DNA from: Capsulimonadaceae bacterium | GTDB taxonomy: Bacteria; Armatimonadota; Armatimonadia; Armatimonadales; Capsulimonadaceae | Direction: 5' to 3' | DNA length: 64,000 bases | NCBI GenBank assembly: GCA_965215505.1 | Contig: OZ244065.1 | Coordinates: forward strand, 3,200,001 to 3,264,000 | In this document: piece after piece, positions 27,633-37,528 of the stretch | How positions within the stretch are numbered: the stretch's first letter is position 1 | Layout: each line of letters begins with the position of its first letter | Notes under the pieces: generated by a model | What the model was told of the DNA's origin: nothing | What the model saw: only the letters and a program-made list of their open reading frames with translations | The model's database searches: none | Program-made: the position numbers and the translations under genes

Positions 27633-29267
27633 CTACTTGTTCAGGCCAAGCAGGATGTTGACGAAGTGCTTGGTGGCGTAAAAGGCGTAGGTGGAACTGT
27701 TCTTCTGGCCTTTGGTGCGTATTTGGATGAGTTCACCGGTAATCGTGTGCGGCCTTTCGCCGGGCCTCAACGCGCGCCGTATCAACTCATAGTCTTTCTC
27801 AACTTGCTGGTAGATGCCTGCGGTTTGCATGGAGATATCGGCGGCACGCACTATCGCGATGGGTGAGGATGTCTCGGCCCGGTCCACATACAGGCGGGCG
27901 ACGATGATGAAGCGGCCGATCTTGTGCAGGACATGACTGCTCTCGAAAGGATTGGCGAGGACGTGGTTCTGGTCCAGCATCGTGATCTGCATCGTCTCCT
28001 TTGCGGCATAGATGCCGGAACGTAGGTGCCTGATGGAAACCTGCTTTAGCTCCCAACTGCCCCCATTCGGCTCCCGGCGGGAGTTCTTGGGCAGGCCCAG
28101 ATAGGCTTCCAGGGTCAGGCCGGCCCAGCCCTTGTTCAAGGTCCGCTTGATCTGGCCTTCCAGTTCCTTCTCGTGGAAGATCTGCTGCCGGTGCTTTGTC
28201 GCAAGCTCGACAAGGTCGCTGCCTTTGATCAGTTCCAGGAGTTTCAGGGCATCTTCTCGCTCCATTAAATCAGTTGCCCCCCCCCCGATCTTTGTAGCCT
28301 CTGCTACAACTACATCAAGGCGTGGCTGCTGATGGTAGCGTTGATATTCCTCATCCAGCCGCTTCGCGGCCAACTCCAGATACTCCGATTCGCGCTCGAT
28401 GCCGATGAAGCGGCGGCCCAAACGGGCGCAGGCGACGCCGGTGGTGGCCGAGCCGCAGAAGGGGTCCAGGACCAGTTGGTCGGGGCTGGTGGAGGCGGCG
28501 ACGATGCGCGTCAGCAGGGCCTCGGGCTTCTGGGTGGGGTGCTTGCCGTGGCGCTTCTCGGACTTGGCGGGCGGCGTGATGCTCCATAGGGACTGCATCT
28601 GCTTGCCGCCGTTCTGCTCCTTCATCAAGGGGTAGTTAAACGTGTGGCGGCTCTTGGCGCTCTTGGCGGCCCACAGGATGGTTTCGGTGGCGTGGGTGAA
28701 GTAGCGGCAGGCGAGGTTCGGGGGCGGGTTGACCTTGTACCAGGCGATGTCGTTCAGTATCTTGTAGTCCAGCACTTGCAGGCCGTAGCCGACGCTGTGG
28801 ATGTTGTGCGCCGTACCCGTCACCCAGAGGGTGCCGTCGGGCTTGAGGATGCGGCGGCACTGGTCGAGCCAGAGCAGGTTGAAGTTGTGGTCGCCGATGA
28901 TGCCCTGGGACTTGTCCCAGCCGCCCTTGTCCACGCGCACCATGCGGCCATTCACGCAGGTGATGCCGCCGTTGGAGAGGAAGTAGGGCGGGTCGGCGAA
29001 GATCATGTCCACGGACTCGCCCTGCATCCGGCGCAGCAGCTCCAAAGCGTCCGCCTGGTACAGACGCAGGCGGCCGTCGGGGCTGGCGTAAAAGGGCGGG
29101 GGCGGGTCGGCATAGCCGGGGCGGGCCTCGCGGACGAGGGCAGCGTCGTCGCCGTCAGCATCAAGGCCGGGGATGGGGGCCGTCTGGGCGGCGGCGCGGG
29201 CGGACGGATCGGCGGCATGAGGGAGGTCGAAGAGGCCGGGCACGGCGAGGGCGGCAAGGTCGGGCAA
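27633..29267 (-). CDS. Beta-class DNA methyltransferase (DpnII/MboI-type) read in frame into a MutH/Sau3AI-family endonuclease
   Basis: DMIFADPPYFLSNGG, KHPTQKP, LDPFCGSATT; then NKGWAGLTLEAYLG, WELK, KETMQIT, QIRTKG; internal ATG at 28265. Confidence 0.85.
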   Translation of the reverse strand: MPDLAALAVPGLFDLPHAADPSARAAAQTAPIPGLDADGDDAALVREARPGYADPPPPFYASPDGRLRLYQADALELLRRMQGESVDMIFADPPYFLSNGGITCVNGRMVRVDKGGWDKSQGIIGDHNFNLLWLDQCRRILKPDGTLWVTGTAHNIHSVGYGLQVLDYKILNDIAWYKVNPPPNLACRYFTHATETILWAAKSAKSRHTFNYPLMKEQNGGKQMQSLWSITPPAKSEKRHGKHPTQKPEALLTRIVAASTSPDQLVLDPFCGSATTGVACARLGRRFIGIERESEYLELAAKRLDEEYQRYHQQPRLDVVVAEATKIGGGATDLMEREDALKLLELIKGSDLVELATKHRQQIFHEKELEGQIKRTLNKGWAGLTLEAYLGLPKNSRREPNGGSWELKQVSIRHLRSGIYAAKETMQITMLDQNHVLANPFESSHVLHKIGRFIIVARLYVDRAETSSPIAIVRAADISMQTAGIYQQVEKDYELIRRALRPGERPHTITGELIQIRTKGQKNSSTYAFYATKHFVNILLGLNK

Positions 29268-29358
29268 GGGTCGGATTCCTCTCAGGGTGAAGGCGATCCG
29301 ATCCTACCCGATCCGTGGCGGCGAGATCAACCGAACGGCGGCGATCTTCAAATGTTTG

Positions 29359-29400
29359 TGAATACTAATTTAATACTAATTTATAATAAATTAGTATTCA
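29359..29400. promoter_or_regulatory. AT-rich direct/inverted repeat, putative operator between the divergent methylase and fic genes
   Basis: AATACTAATTT x2 then inverted TAAATTAGTATT. Confidence 0.55.
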
Positions 29401-29466
29401 AGCTTGACAGATAGGTGCCGAGAGGCACATACTATCTCCAAACCAGATTAGTACGGGGAAAAACCA

Positions 29467-30795
29467 ATGAAGATGCCGCTCTCGCCGCCTCCGATGCAGA
29501 AGCTCGTGCAGGGCATCGGCTTCGAGCGCATGGTTGAAGTCGCCGACATGATGCGTGCGCTGCCGCCCAGTGACAAATATCTCCACTGGGATCGCCTACG
29601 GTTTATGACGCCTCCGGCTGGGCTTTCCATCGAGGAGTGGTGGCTCGGCATCAAGATGATGCGAAGCTCTTCCCTAAAGAAGCTGCCTTTGCTTGACACT
29701 TCAGGTAACTCCTTCCAGTTCCTCGTCACGGACTTCCTGTTGGAGCAACTGCACTACACCGACCTCGGAGCCGGCGGGCGAATCGGGGTGCCGGAGCCGG
29801 TGACAAACCCGGAAACAAAGGACCAATACTATGTGTCTTCCTTGATCGAGGAGGCGATCACCTCCAGCCAGATGGAAGGCGCGGCGACCACGCGCGAAGT
29901 CGCCAAGGAGATGCTGCGCTCATCGCGCCCCCCACGCGACCGTGACGAGCGGATGATTCTGAACAACTTCCTGACGATGCGACAGATCGGGACCTGGAAG
30001 GAGAAACCGCTGACTGAGGAGCTTGTCCTGGAAATCCACCGGAGCGTGACGGAGGAGACGCTGGAGGACCCGTCGGCGGCAGGGCGTTTTCGTAATGAGG
30101 AGGAAGCCATCATCGTCGGCGATGCGGAGGAGGGCGTGTTCCATGTGCCGCCGCCGGCGGACGAACTCGCCTCACGGATGCAGGCGATGTGCGAGTTCGC
30201 GAACGGGAAGACGCCGGGTTACTTCGTGCATCCCGTCCTGCGCTCACTGATCCTGCACTTCTGGCTCGCTTATGACCACCCGTTCGTGGACGGTAACGGC
30301 CGGACGGCACGGGCATTGTTCTACTGGTCCATGCTCCGCCACGGGTTCTGGCTCTTTGAGTACGTCTCCATCTCGCGCATACTCCGCCGGGCACCGATCC
30401 AGTACGCCCGGTCGTTCCTGTACACCGAGACGGACGGCAACGACATGACATACTTTTTGCAGTATCAGGTCGAGGTCATCCGACGGGCGCTGAATGACCT
30501 GCATGGGTACATCGGGGCGCAATCTCAGAGGGTGAAACAGATGGAGCAGACGATGCGGGGGACGCTCCTTCTCAACCACCGGCAGCGTGCGCTGATCAGC
30601 CATGCCCTGAGACATCCCCAGCAGCGGTACACGATCGAGGGGCATCGGAGCAGTCATGCGGTCGCCTACCAGACGGCGCGGGCTGACCTATTGAACCTGG
30701 CAGAGCGCAAGGTCATGGACGCGCGCAAGGTCGGCAAAACTTGGTACTTTTCGCCGGTGCCCGACTTCGAGGCGAGGCTGGCCCGCCTGGACTGA
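29467..30795 (+). CDS. Fic family protein with C-terminal HTH
   Basis: EAITSSQMEG, HPFVDGNGRTAR, YQTARADL. Confidence 0.92.
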   Translation: MKMPLSPPPMQKLVQGIGFERMVEVADMMRALPPSDKYLHWDRLRFMTPPAGLSIEEWWLGIKMMRSSSLKKLPLLDTSGNSFQFLVTDFLLEQLHYTDLGAGGRIGVPEPVTNPETKDQYYVSSLIEEAITSSQMEGAATTREVAKEMLRSSRPPRDRDERMILNNFLTMRQIGTWKEKPLTEELVLEIHRSVTEETLEDPSAAGRFRNEEEAIIVGDAEEGVFHVPPPADELASRMQAMCEFANGKTPGYFVHPVLRSLILHFWLAYDHPFVDGNGRTARALFYWSMLRHGFWLFEYVSISRILRRAPIQYARSFLYTETDGNDMTYFLQYQVEVIRRALNDLHGYIGAQSQRVKQMEQTMRGTLLLNHRQRALISHALRHPQQRYTIEGHRSSHAVAYQTARADLLNLAERKVMDARKVGKTWYFSPVPDFEARLARLD

Positions 30796-30807
30796 CGGGC
30801 ATTTTCC

Positions 30808-33324
30808 CTATTCCGCCCGCGCGAGCTGGCGGCGGAGACGCTTGGTGTTGAGGACGACGCTGAGGCTGCTGATGAGCATGGCGGCGGCGGCGTAGATGGG
30901 GTTCTTTATGACGCCCGCCACGGCCAGGGGGATGCAGACGGCGTTGTAGAGGCAGGCCCAGAAGAGGTTCTGGCGGATGACGTTCGCGGTCCGCCGGGCG
31001 AGGGTGAAGAGGTCGGCCAGGCGGCCCAGGTCATCGCCGACGAGGGTGATGTCGGCGGCACGGCGGGCGATCTCCGTGCCGGACCCGAAGGCGATGCCGA
31101 CGTTCGCCTGGGCGAGCGCGGGCGCGTCGTTGATGCCGTCCCCGGCCATGGCGACGGCCTGGGCGGACTGCATCTCGCGGACGCGGGCGACCTTATCGGT
31201 GGGGCGCATCTGGGCGGTGGCGTCGGAAAGTCCGACGGCGCGGGCGATGGCCTGCGTGGTGGCCTCGGCGTCGCCGCTGATGACTTCGAGTGTCAGCCCG
31301 GCGGATCGCAGGGCGCGGACGGCCTCGGCCGCGCCGGGGCGGAGGGCGTCGCCCAGAGTGACAAGCCCGCGCACGGTGGCCGCGCCCCCAGCCGTGCCGT
31401 AGAAGAGGGCCGTCTGCGCCTGCCGCTCAGCGTCTTCGGCCTGCATCTCTAGGGCAGAGGGGATGGGGGCGGCGAGCGCAGCACAGAGGGCGCGGTTGCC
31501 GATGAACCAGGAGTGGCCGCCGACGGTGCCGGTGATGCCCTGCCCCTCGTGGCGGGCGAAGTCGGCGGCGGGCAGGAAGGCGAGGCCCAGGCCGCGCGCG
31601 TGGGCGACGAGGGCGCGGGCCAGCGGGTGTTCGGAGGCGTCTTCCAGGGCGGCCAGCGCGGCGAGATCGTCCGGGGTGCCGGTGAAGGCGCGGACGGCGA
31701 AGCGGCCCTCGGTCAGCGTCCCGGTCTTGTCCAGCAGCAGGTGACGGATGCGCGGCAGGACTTGCAGGATGTCGGTATTGCCGATGAGGATGCCGCGCGC
31801 TGCCGCCGCCCCCACCCCCGAAGTGACGGCCAGCGGTGTCGCTAATCCCAACGCACAGGGGCAGGCGATGACCAGGACGGTGACGGCCCGGACGACGACG
31901 TCGGAGACGCTATGGCCGGTCACGAGCAGAGTCAGGGCGGTCAGGACAGCCAGGCCGACGATGGCGGGCACGAAGCGGCGGGAGATGCGGTCCGCCCACT
32001 GCTCCACGGGGGACTTGGCCGCCAGTGCCTCTTCGACCAGGGCAATCATCTGGGCCAGCGTGGTTTCCGCCCCCGTCCGGGTCACTTCCACCAAGAGGGG
32101 CGCGTCGGTGGCGACCGTTCCGCCGGTGACCTCATCGCCGACGCGCTTGGCGACAGGCCGGGCCTCCCCGGACAGCAGGCTTTCATCCACCAGGCATACG
32201 CCCTCGGCAACGCGCCCGTCGCTCGGGATGCGCTCGCCGGGCCGGACGATGATGCGGTCGCCGACGCCCAATTTGCCCAGGGCGACTAACACCTCGCGGC
32301 CGTCGGCCGTCCGCACGAGGGCCTTCTTCGGCAGCAGGCCGTACAGCAGGGCGATGGCCCCCGAAGCGTCGTGCCGCGCCCCGGCCTCGATGTGCTTCCC
32401 GATCATCACCAGGGCGATCAGCATGTCGGCGGTGTCGAAGTAGACGTGGACGCCGCCCTGCGCCACGACCCAGATGCTGTAAACGAAGGACACGGAGACA
32501 CCAATGGCGATGAGTGTCTCCATGATCGCCCCGCCCTTGCGCGCCGCGCCCCAGGCCTTGACGAAGATGGGCCAGCCCGCCCAGAGGACGGGGAGCGAGA
32601 GGAACATCTCGGCGCGCGGGAGCCAGTGAACGGCGTCCTCGGGGACGCCCTGACGCCAGAAGATGTCGGCATAGAAGGGGAGTTGGAACATCCCCGCGTT
32701 GACCGCGAAGGCGATGGCGATGACCGCGCGGATGAACAGGTTCCTGCGCGCCTTGTCCTGCGGGCTGCCCTCTTTGGCCCCGTCCGCGCTGTACGGCTCG
32801 GCGCTATAGCCCAGCTTGCGGATCACTGCGGCCACCGACTCGGGTGCGACGCGGGCGGGCTTGTAGACGACTTTGACCAGGTCGGAGGCGAAGTAGACGC
32901 GGCACCGCTCGACGCCCTTGAGCTGGCCGACGGCGTGTTCGATGAGCCAGGCGCAAGAGGCGCACCACAGGCCGCCGACCTGGAAGGCGGCTTCCCGAGT
33001 GGTGTTAAGGGTGTCGGTCACGCCCAGGGCTGCGATGGTCGGGGGGGTGACGGCGCGCTCCTGCGCCCCCAGATCGCCCGCCTCTCCAGGCCGCGCGATC
33101 AGCCCCATCTGCAAACACTGCTGGTAGAGGGTCGTCTGCGTCGGGTCCTGGCCTTCGCGAAGCTGGTCGCTCTCGACGAGTATCTGGTAGACCTGGCGGC
33201 AGCCCGCGCAGCAGAAGACGTGCGCCCGTCCGCCGATCTCGGCGGCAAGGGGCGCGTGGGCGGGCAGCCCGCAGAGGTCGCAGAGGGCCTCTGTACTTGA
33301 ACGGTTGCTGATGGCGACGGCCAT
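30808..33324 (-). CDS. ccoI: Heavy-metal P1B ATPase (CcoI/FixI-like)
   Basis: [34 protein letters not shown]; at the end of the cbb3 cluster. Confidence 0.9.
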   Translation of the reverse strand: MAVAISNRSSTEALCDLCGLPAHAPLAAEIGGRAHVFCCAGCRQVYQILVESDQLREGQDPTQTTLYQQCLQMGLIARPGEAGDLGAQERAVTPPTIAALGVTDTLNTTREAAFQVGGLWCASCAWLIEHAVGQLKGVERCRVYFASDLVKVVYKPARVAPESVAAVIRKLGYSAEPYSADGAKEGSPQDKARRNLFIRAVIAIAFAVNAGMFQLPFYADIFWRQGVPEDAVHWLPRAEMFLSLPVLWAGWPIFVKAWGAARKGGAIMETLIAIGVSVSFVYSIWVVAQGGVHVYFDTADMLIALVMIGKHIEAGARHDASGAIALLYGLLPKKALVRTADGREVLVALGKLGVGDRIIVRPGERIPSDGRVAEGVCLVDESLLSGEARPVAKRVGDEVTGGTVATDAPLLVEVTRTGAETTLAQMIALVEEALAAKSPVEQWADRISRRFVPAIVGLAVLTALTLLVTGHSVSDVVVRAVTVLVIACPCALGLATPLAVTSGVGAAAARGILIGNTDILQVLPRIRHLLLDKTGTLTEGRFAVRAFTGTPDDLAALAALEDASEHPLARALVAHARGLGLAFLPAADFARHEGQGITGTVGGHSWFIGNRALCAALAAPIPSALEMQAEDAERQAQTALFYGTAGGAATVRGLVTLGDALRPGAAEAVRALRSAGLTLEVISGDAEATTQAIARAVGLSDATAQMRPTDKVARVREMQSAQAVAMAGDGINDAPALAQANVGIAFGSGTEIARRAADITLVGDDLGRLADLFTLARRTANVIRQNLFWACLYNAVCIPLAVAGVIKNPIYAAAAMLISSLSVVLNTKRLRRQLARAE

Positions 33325-33355
33325 GAGGATTCTAGTTTCTAAAGGGCAAGCGGTG

Positions 33356-33511
33356 AAGACGAATGAATGAGTTCACTCGCTCCGCTCAGATTTGTCCAAG
33401 GGACAAGGGAATGGACAAGGGCCATTGTTCCCTGCCGCTGTGTCTCGCATCCCTTCTTTCTGTCCCCTGGACAGGTCCGGCGCGGAGCGAGTGAATGAAT
33501 TCACTCGTCTT
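33356..33511. repeat. MITE/REPIN-like element, copy 2
   Basis: GACGAATGAATGAGTTCACTCGC ... GCGAGTGAATGAATTCACTCGTC with the same inner arms as 8375-8507. Confidence 0.8.
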
Positions 33512-33524
33512 TCTCGTCCGTGGC

Positions 33525-33737
33525 TCAGTCATCCTTCGGCGGATGCGCCAGATTGGGGATCTCGGTGATCGGGTGGCGCAGGACCGTGTTCATGGTGTAG
33601 GCGATCAGCCCGCCGAACAGGGCGAGGTTGAAGATAATCAGGAACACGAACAAGGTCAGGCTGGACGGCTTGTTCCGGATCTTCTGGGCGGCGCTGCGCG
33701 TCTCGGTGTATTTGATGTTGCTCCAGGTACGGGGCAT
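33525..33737 (-). CDS. Small membrane protein in the cbb3 maturation cluster
   Basis: One TM helix; AAGGA RBS. Confidence 0.6.
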   Translation of the reverse strand: MPRTWSNIKYTETRSAAQKIRNKPSSLTLFVFLIIFNLALFGGLIAYTMNTVLRHPITEIPNLAHPPKDD

Positions 33738-33752
33738 CGGGTCCTTCTTTTC

Positions 33753-35042
33753 TTACGGCGCGGGCGTGTAGAAGATCGTTCGGATCTCCTTCGAGTCGCC
33801 TCCGCTGGACACACGCAGGCGAATCGGCGTCCGCCCGATCTTCAGCGATGCGGCGGGGCCGGTGATCGTGATCGGCACGGTCCGGCTGTCGTGCGCGCCG
33901 AGTGTGACGGATTGGGGCGTGATGCGCGCGCCCGCAATCCCCGCGACCGAGAGCGCGAACGGGGCGGCGTTCGGGTCGCCGCTGCTCAGACTGAGCAGAT
34001 AGCCGTTGCGGACCTCGCTGCCCGTGCGGACGATGTCCCCGCGCGCGTTGAGGCTGGCGGTCGGTGCCCAGTGCCCGTAGATCAGCAGCAGGACGGCGGC
34101 CAGCGAGATGGGAACTGTCAACGCGACCATGGCCCGCCGCCCGTCCCACAGGCCGAGCCGTTGCGGCAAGGTCAAAGCCTTCGTCGAGTGGGCGGGCTGG
34201 GTGCCGTAGCGGAACTCGATCAGGCCCGCCTTGCCGCGCCTGCCTAACACGTCGTTGCAAGAGTCGATGCACTCGCCGCAGCCGATGCAGGCGTGCTGGC
34301 CGACGCCCTTCTTGATGTCAATGCCCATCGGGCAATCCACTTCGCACTTGTGGCAGCCGATGCAGTCGTCGTTGCGCTCAGTCAGATAACGCACGGCCAA
34401 TGTGTTTTGATCCCCCAATGTACTCATCAGCGGCCCGTAAGGGCAGAGGTGGGAGCAGAAGCGGCGGCGCAGCCAGAGCATGTCGGCGGCCAGGACGGCG
34501 GCGGTCAGGTACACGGTCAGGCCGGCAGCCGGGTCCCGCCAGGGTGCCACTGTGGCCGCGAACACGTCACGAGGCGCGAGCCAGTAGCAGGCCAGGATGA
34601 CGCCGGTTCCGAGCGAGGCGGCCAGTATCGCTGAGGTCCAGAGCGACCGGGAGAGCGCGAAACGAGGCTTGCCGGGGCGGGTCTGTAGGGCTTTGTCCAG
34701 GCGCTTTCGGAGCGAGTCGGCGAAGTCGGAAGCTAAGGTCTGGGGGCAGACCCAGCCGCACCAGAGCCGGCCGTAGAGGAAGGAAACGGCGGACAGCAGG
34801 GCCGTTCCGAGCATGGAGACCCAGAACAGCAGGAACAGGTCATGGGCGGCCATCTTGTGCCAGCCGAAATAGAACTCGTCCCGCCTCATGTCCAGCCGCA
34901 GGCCGTTGGTCAGCGGCAGGGCGACGAGGAGCGCCCCGCAGAGCAGTTGCAGGAGGCGTCGCGGCGCGTGCCACTTGGCGTTGCCGTTCGGGGCGCGCGT
35001 CAGTGTCGGCGTCTGAATAAGGCGGTCGGTCAGGTCGATCAT
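33753..35042 (-). CDS. ccoG: CcoG/FixG-like 4Fe-4S membrane protein
   Basis: GRLWCGWVCPQT, FCSHLCPYG, CIGCHKCEVDCPMGIDI, CIGCGECIDSC. Confidence 0.88.
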   Translation of the reverse strand: MIDLTDRLIQTPTLTRAPNGNAKWHAPRRLLQLLCGALLVALPLTNGLRLDMRRDEFYFGWHKMAAHDLFLLFWVSMLGTALLSAVSFLYGRLWCGWVCPQTLASDFADSLRKRLDKALQTRPGKPRFALSRSLWTSAILAASLGTGVILACYWLAPRDVFAATVAPWRDPAAGLTVYLTAAVLAADMLWLRRRFCSHLCPYGPLMSTLGDQNTLAVRYLTERNDDCIGCHKCEVDCPMGIDIKKGVGQHACIGCGECIDSCNDVLGRRGKAGLIEFRYGTQPAHSTKALTLPQRLGLWDGRRAMVALTVPISLAAVLLLIYGHWAPTASLNARGDIVRTGSEVRNGYLLSLSSGDPNAAPFALSVAGIAGARITPQSVTLGAHDSRTVPITITGPAASLKIGRTPIRLRVSSGGDSKEIRTIFYTPAP

Positions 35043-35067
35043 TGCAAGCAAAAGAACGGGGCAGGCA

Positions 35068-35105
35068 AAAAGAAAAAGGCAGGCGCGTTTGCGCCCGCCC
35101 TCTTT
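35068..35105. terminator. Hairpin terminator after ccoO
   Basis: A-run, GGCAGGCGC-GTTT-GCGCCCGCC. Confidence 0.55.
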
Positions 35106-35125
35106 AGTATACCTGAAACGGCGGC

Positions 35126-35992
35126 CTAGAAGATCGAACCCGGTGCGACGCGGTTCGTCGGCGAGAGGGCGTCGCCGCCGTGGACCGGCGTCGCCGCCCG
35201 GTTGACCTGGCCCTGGCCCGCGTTCTGCGTGTACTGCTGGTCCTCGGGCTTTAGCCACGGACGCCACCCACCGTTACCATCCGGCACTTTGCGGCCAAAG
35301 CCTAACGTCTGGACATAGGCGACGAGGTCGCGGGCGTCATCGTTGGGGATCGGGTTGGTCTTGTCCGAGTCGTTGAACAGCCAGGTGAAAGCGGGCATGA
35401 TCGAGCCGGGGACCATCTGGCGCGGGTAGTAGAAGTGCGAATAGTGCCAGTCGTCACTGTACTTGCCGCCCTCGCGGGACAGGTCCGGGCCGATGCGCCG
35501 GGTCCCGAGGAAGTGGGGCTGGTCCCAGATGTACTCGCGCTCGTCGGCGATGGGCGCGACCGAGGTGCCGATGGAGTACCGCTCGATCTCGTGCGTCAGG
35601 GGCCGGATCTGCTGCGAATGGCAGTACATACAGCCCTCGCGCTGGTAGATGCGCCGCCCATGTTCCTGCTTGTCGGTATAGCCGGTCAGCTCCTCATTGC
35701 CCGCCGTGCGGATGTCGCCGGTGAATAGCTTGGGGGCGCGGTTCTCGCGGGCGGCCGCCGCAAGCTCGGACTTGGCATAAATGGCGTGGTAGCGGCCCGC
35801 ATCGCGGGCGGTGTTCTGCGACCAGTTCTCGTTGAAGGACGGGATGATCGAGACGAACACCAGACCGATGATGAAGGTCATGCTGATGCCCAGGCCGGTC
35901 AGCAGCGCGCTCTTCTCCGGCACCTGCCGGATGATGGCGAGCAGGATGCCGACCAGCACGACGAACAGCAGTGGGATGAGATACTCTAACAT
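35126..35992 (-). CDS. ccoO: cbb3-type oxidase subunit II
   Basis: GRRIYQREGCMYCHSQQIRP, GTRRIGPDLSREGG, PGSIMP. Confidence 0.92.
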   Translation of the reverse strand: MLEYLIPLLFVVLVGILLAIIRQVPEKSALLTGLGISMTFIIGLVFVSIIPSFNENWSQNTARDAGRYHAIYAKSELAAAARENRAPKLFTGDIRTAGNEELTGYTDKQEHGRRIYQREGCMYCHSQQIRPLTHEIERYSIGTSVAPIADEREYIWDQPHFLGTRRIGPDLSREGGKYSDDWHYSHFYYPRQMVPGSIMPAFTWLFNDSDKTNPIPNDDARDLVAYVQTLGFGRKVPDGNGGWRPWLKPEDQQYTQNAGQGQVNRAATPVHGGDALSPTNRVAPGSIF

Positions 35993-36013
35993 AAGGTTAT
36001 CTTTAGACTATTT

Positions 36014-37513
36014 CTAGACGGTCGCCGTCAGCGACTTGGGCGTCCGAGACGTGTCATCGAGCCGGCCCGCGCCGTCGTCTCCGTCCATCGTGTCCACAGC
36101 CGGGCCGGTCGCCGTCTTGTACAGGTTGAAGGCGAACAGGAACAGGCCCGTCACCATCAGGGCCGCGCCGCCCGCGCGGACGTGCCAGAACGGCTTCATG
36201 TGGTCCACGGTCGTGATGAACGGCAGGGAGGGGTTGTTCCACTCCATTCCCTGGTTGAAGCCGCCGATCCACAGGGCGGTGCTGAACAGGATGAAGCCCA
36301 GAAACGACAGCCAGAAGTGCCAGTCGGCCATGCCCTCGGAATACAGAGGCCGCTTGTACATGCGCGGCACGGCGTAGTAGCAGCCCGCGAAGGCGTAGAA
36401 GGTCACGAAGCCGAACATCGCCATGTGCGAGTGGCCGATCACCCAGTCGGTGAAGTGGGTCACGGCGTTCAGGGCGCGCAGGGCCTGGAAGGACCCCTGC
36501 GTCGAGACCAGCAGGTAGAAAATAGTCCCGGCGATGATAAACTTCAGCGGGACGTTCGTGCGGAGCTGATGCCACTCGCCCCGGATGGTGCCGAAGAAGT
36601 TGGTGACGGCGGACAGGACCGGGACGAACAGCAGGAACGAGAAGATGGTCGCCACCGTCTGGAGCCAGTACGGGATCGGCCCGTAGATCATGTGGTGCGC
36701 GCCGTTCCAGATGTAGATCGAGCCTAACGTCCAGAATCCGATCAGGGACAGCTTGTGGCTGTAGAGCGGCGCGTTGGCCGTCTTCGGCAGGAAGTAGTAG
36801 GCGGTCGCAAGAGCCGCAGGGGTCGCGATCAGGCCGACGACGCTATGCCCGTAGAACCAGTTGACGTTGGCGTCGTTCAGGCCCATGAAGGCGGTCGAGG
36901 GGAAGAGCTGCGAGGGCCAGTTGCCGATGACGTAAACGAACGAGGTCCAGAGGACGCATCCCATGGTGTACCACAGGGCGACATACATCTGCTTGTAGGT
37001 GCGGCGCAGGAAGGTCTGGAAGATGTTGACGGTCAGCATGATCCAGCCGGCGACGATGAAGATGCTGGACGCGATCGGCCACTCCTCATACTCTTTGCCC
37101 TTCGTGCTCCACCAGGGGTTGATGGTGTCGGTCGGGTTCAGGACGCCCAGCACCATCAGCGCGACGCCGAAGGACCAGGTGAGGGTGGCGGCGATGCCCA
37201 GCTTCTCGCTCCACAGCCGAGTGCCGGTCAGGCGCGGGACCATGTAGTAGAACATGGACATGAAGACGGGCAAGGCCCAGCCGAAGATCATGCCCTGGAC
37301 GTGGACGGGCCGGATGCGCGGCCAGGAGAGCCAGTTGAACCCGTAGAAGAGGTCCGGCACCATGAACTTGATCGAGGCGATCAGGCCGATGACCCCGAAG
37401 AAGACGAGGTAGCCGACGCCCGCCCACAAGGCCCATTTGGCGGCGAGGTCTTCGTGCTGGATGCGCTCCGCCTCCGAAGAGGGCTGCATCCGCATTATCT
37501 GTTGGACTGCCAT
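36014..37513 (-). CDS. ccoN: cbb3-type oxidase subunit I
   Basis: RIRPVH, KGKEYEE, WFYGH, GAHHM, HFTDWVIGHSH. Confidence 0.93.
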   Translation of the reverse strand: MAVQQIMRMQPSSEAERIQHEDLAAKWALWAGVGYLVFFGVIGLIASIKFMVPDLFYGFNWLSWPRIRPVHVQGMIFGWALPVFMSMFYYMVPRLTGTRLWSEKLGIAATLTWSFGVALMVLGVLNPTDTINPWWSTKGKEYEEWPIASSIFIVAGWIMLTVNIFQTFLRRTYKQMYVALWYTMGCVLWTSFVYVIGNWPSQLFPSTAFMGLNDANVNWFYGHSVVGLIATPAALATAYYFLPKTANAPLYSHKLSLIGFWTLGSIYIWNGAHHMIYGPIPYWLQTVATIFSFLLFVPVLSAVTNFFGTIRGEWHQLRTNVPLKFIIAGTIFYLLVSTQGSFQALRALNAVTHFTDWVIGHSHMAMFGFVTFYAFAGCYYAVPRMYKRPLYSEGMADWHFWLSFLGFILFSTALWIGGFNQGMEWNNPSLPFITTVDHMKPFWHVRAGGAALMVTGLFLFAFNLYKTATGPAVDTMDGDDGAGRLDDTSRTPKSLTATV

Positions 37514-37528
37514 TTTCTTATTTCCTAC

